From the NCBI GenBank assembly GCA_022605425.2, contig CM061247.1, positions 992,001 to 1,056,000 on the forward strand: a stretch of 64,000 nucleotides of DNA, written 5' to 3'. The position numbers were made by a program, and so were the translations under genes. Shown here one piece after another: positions 61,447-64,000 of the stretch. The notes beneath the pieces are model-generated. The model did no database searches. It was given only the letters and a program-made list of their open reading frames with translations, and was not told the DNA's origin. Each line of letters starts with the position of its first letter. Position 1 is the stretch's first letter. The stretch is from Hamiltosporidium tvaerminnensis FI-OER-3-3 (lineage: Eukaryota; Fungi; Microsporidia).

Positions 61447-63249
61447 TTAATTCTTCCTGCGTTTCTTATTTAATTTTCTATGGATGATGTCATACGAAGA
61501 ATAAGTACACTTCTTTTCATTATTTGGTCCGTATGGAATGAAAAATTGATCTCGATATTTTTCGGTATCCAATTCTGTCTTAAAAGTATTAGAATGATTT
61601 CTATTAAGATGCGTATCTAGAATCTTCTCGAAATCGATAACATTACTTTCATTTAAAATTTCTCTTTTAACTTCAGATATTTCAGAAGTATTGAAAAGAG
61701 AATCTTGAGTTTTATTTTCAAAGACAGAATGTAATTTAATATCTAAATTTTCTTTTTCAACTTTTATCTTTTTTCTAAATAATTTTGCTTTTTTATTGCC
61801 TCTAATAGCTATTCTTCTCAGATGATTGATTTCAAGGTCATTTATTTTTTCGGAAATTTCATCCAATTTTTTTTGAGGAATTTTTCCGATTTCACATTCA
61901 GTGTCGTACAATTTATTTTTAACTTCCGTAAAAAAGCACAAATCTTCGGGTGAAACCAAATTAAAGGTACTTCCTTCTCTTCCATTTCTTCCCACTCTTC
62001 CAACTCGATGAACAAAATTTTTAGAATCTGTCATATCATAATTAATTACCACATCCAGATTTCTAATATTTAGTCCTCTGCCTCCCAAATCCGTTGCAAT
62101 CAATATATTGACATTCTCAGAAACAAACTTGTTCATATTTATCTTACGAGCTTCTATATCCATACTACTATAGATAGACACATATTTAAGTGATAGACCT
62201 TCGAAAATAGCAGATAAAAGATCTGCCGTGTGTTTAGTAGAAACAAAAATCACGGTTTTTTTATCTGTTATTTTTTTCAAAAGAAACACCACTGCTGCTT
62301 CTTTACAGACATCTGGAAGATAAAAAAAGTAATTTTTTACAAGTTCACTGACAATTACATCGATTTTAACCAAAACTGGATTTTCTATCAATGGTTGCAA
62401 AAAAATATCTGAAAATATAACCGATTGTGTATATTTGAGTTTTTTAAAAATATCCACTTCAAAATTCTTTTGATATTTATCGATATGCTTTGTTTTCTTT
62501 TCCAATTCACTAATTTTTTCAACTTTTTTATTTTCTTTTTCATCGTTATTTTTAGATTCTACTTCCATTATAAGATTCGATGTTTCATCGGTTTTTGAAA
62601 AATCTTGATTTTCATCCAAATTTGATTTTTTATTTCCAGAAAAAAAATTATTTGAACAAATATTTTCATTAAACAGAGCATCCTCTTCATTATCAACAAC
62701 AACACATTCATCTGGTAAAGTAGCACTGACCAACACAGTCTGTCTTTCTTTTCTAATCCATTTTAAAATATCTATCAAATCACTTCTCATACCACCTTCT
62801 TCCAATATTCTATCGACTTCATCAATAACCAAAAGATCTACATCAACAATTTCTTTTAGTTCAGTTAAACAATATTTTAATTTACCTACCGTAGAAATAA
62901 CAATATTACTTTTACAATGCTTTTTGTCGTCAGAATGCCCAGTCAAAGCATATAAATTTACATTTATTCCAATAAGTAATTTTTTAAACATTTTGTGAAT
63001 TTGAATACATAATTCACGGGTCGGTGCAATTAAAAATGTACGTTTACCTTCTATTGCACGTTGAATAGCTGGAAGTATATAAACTAACGATTTTCCACTT
63101 CCTGTTTGTGAAATACACATTACATCTGTACCTTCTAATACAAGTGGAAGTGCTTTACGTTGTATTGGTGTAGGATGAACATACGGAATATTATAAAATA
63201 GTTTTTTATTCAAACCCATAGAAGAAAAAGAACCGCCTTTTATTTTCAT
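61447..63249 (-). CDS. DBP10: DEAD-box RNA helicase DBP10/DDX54-like
   Basis: GGSFSSMGL, PTPIQRK, QTGSGKS, PTREL, DEVD, SAT, HRVGRVGR and C-terminal YRDQFFIPY. ATG at 63249 is directly preceded by CCC. Confidence 0.85.
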   Translation of the reverse strand: MKIKGGSFSSMGLNKKLFYNIPYVHPTPIQRKALPLVLEGTDVMCISQTGSGKSLVYILPAIQRAIEGKRTFLIAPTRELCIQIHKMFKKLLIGINVNLYALTGHSDDKKHCKSNIVISTVGKLKYCLTELKEIVDVDLLVIDEVDRILEEGGMRSDLIDILKWIRKERQTVLVSATLPDECVVVDNEEDALFNENICSNNFFSGNKKSNLDENQDFSKTDETSNLIMEVESKNNDEKENKKVEKISELEKKTKHIDKYQKNFEVDIFKKLKYTQSVIFSDIFLQPLIENPVLVKIDVIVSELVKNYFFYLPDVCKEAAVVFLLKKITDKKTVIFVSTKHTADLLSAIFEGLSLKYVSIYSSMDIEARKINMNKFVSENVNILIATDLGGRGLNIRNLDVVINYDMTDSKNFVHRVGRVGRNGREGSTFNLVSPEDLCFFTEVKNKLYDTECEIGKIPQKKLDEISEKINDLEINHLRRIAIRGNKKAKLFRKKIKVEKENLDIKLHSVFENKTQDSLFNTSEISEVKREILNESNVIDFEKILDTHLNRNHSNTFKTELDTEKYRDQFFIPYGPNNEKKCTYSSYDIIHRKLNKKRRKN

Positions 63250-63532
63250 GGGCAACTCAACGACAAGTACTTAAAAATTTAAAAAATTAATTTTTTTTGA
63301 GAGTAGAGAACCAGAATAAAATTATTATAAATTTAGAAATACAAATTATGAAGTACATATTATTTTAGAATCTAGATATTTTGAATAAAATCATAAAAAT
63401 ATAGAAGTACAGACTATTTTAGAAAGTAAAGAATTAGAAAAAAATAATTCGTTGGTATTATGTAAAATAAATTTGAGGAAGAAATATAAATTATTCTGGG
63501 GAGTATAAAGAAATTTGCTATTCACTACACTA

Positions 63533-63755
63533 CTTACTTACTTATTCCATTCCTCTTTTACCTTTCGGTGTCGACGATGATCAAATGAAAGTTTACCATT
63601 TGCTTCTTTTAATCGGTTGTAACTCGTGATTATAAGAGATCCGCATATAAAACAGTGTGATTTATATCCCATAAAAATGATAACATCGAATTTCACATCA
63701 ATTCTACGTAACATTGTCAGCCAGATAGGTTTCAATGTGGTTATCCTCTCTCCAC
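63533..63755 (-). mobile_element. Short SINE-like retroposon, copy C
   Basis: Head GTGGAGAGAGGATAACCACAT and (TAAG)3 tail. TSD-like TATTCACTACACTA (63519-32) vs TATGCACTACACTA (63760-73). Confidence 0.85.
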
Positions 63756-63889
63756 AAAGTATGCACTACACTAACTAAGTATTATTTAAAATATATTACT
63801 TTCGATTTATAAAGTTTTTAATTTCAAAAATAATTTGAATTAAATAAAATAAAATCAAATCTAATGTATAGTTATTAAATCATAAAGTT

Positions 63890-64000
63890 ATGGAGGAAGG
63901 ATAACTACATAAAAAACTTTCTGCTTGGCAATGAGTGTGTGAAACTGGTGTGAGATCATTGTTTGGATTTTTGGTGGGAAAAAAACTCACTACATTTTCG
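63890..64000 (+). mobile_element. Long SINE-like retroposon, copy 3 (runs off the window)
   Basis: Near-identical to the first ~110 nt of copies 1 and 2. Confidence 0.88.

Overview
Very AT-rich, gene-sparse eukaryotic DNA with no introns detected. It looks microsporidian: compact, divergent housekeeping genes, each with a CCC motif just upstream of the ATG. A large-genome, repeat-rich species such as Hamiltosporidium is plausible, but that is inference. Housekeeping genes: separase, a U2AF65-like factor, NMD3, BMS1 and DBP10. There are four ~750-800 aa Leu-rich, probably secreted proteins, two of which are mosaic paralogues. Mobile DNA is abundant: a disrupted RLE-type non-LTR retrotransposon plus relics, RTE relics, a near-intact DD39D mariner with perfect TIRs and a decayed Tc1/IS630-like element. 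The most interesting signal is a set of six non-coding retroposon copies in two families (~727 nt and ~225 nt). They share a ~100-nt 5' head that is not recognisably tRNA, 5S or 7SL. Most start at nearly the same nucleotide, and several have target-site duplications. The head can fold into a compact H-type pseudoknot, and the long family carries a large nested-helix RNA domain. A separate tRNA-derived SINE and an RTE-derived mini-element are also present.
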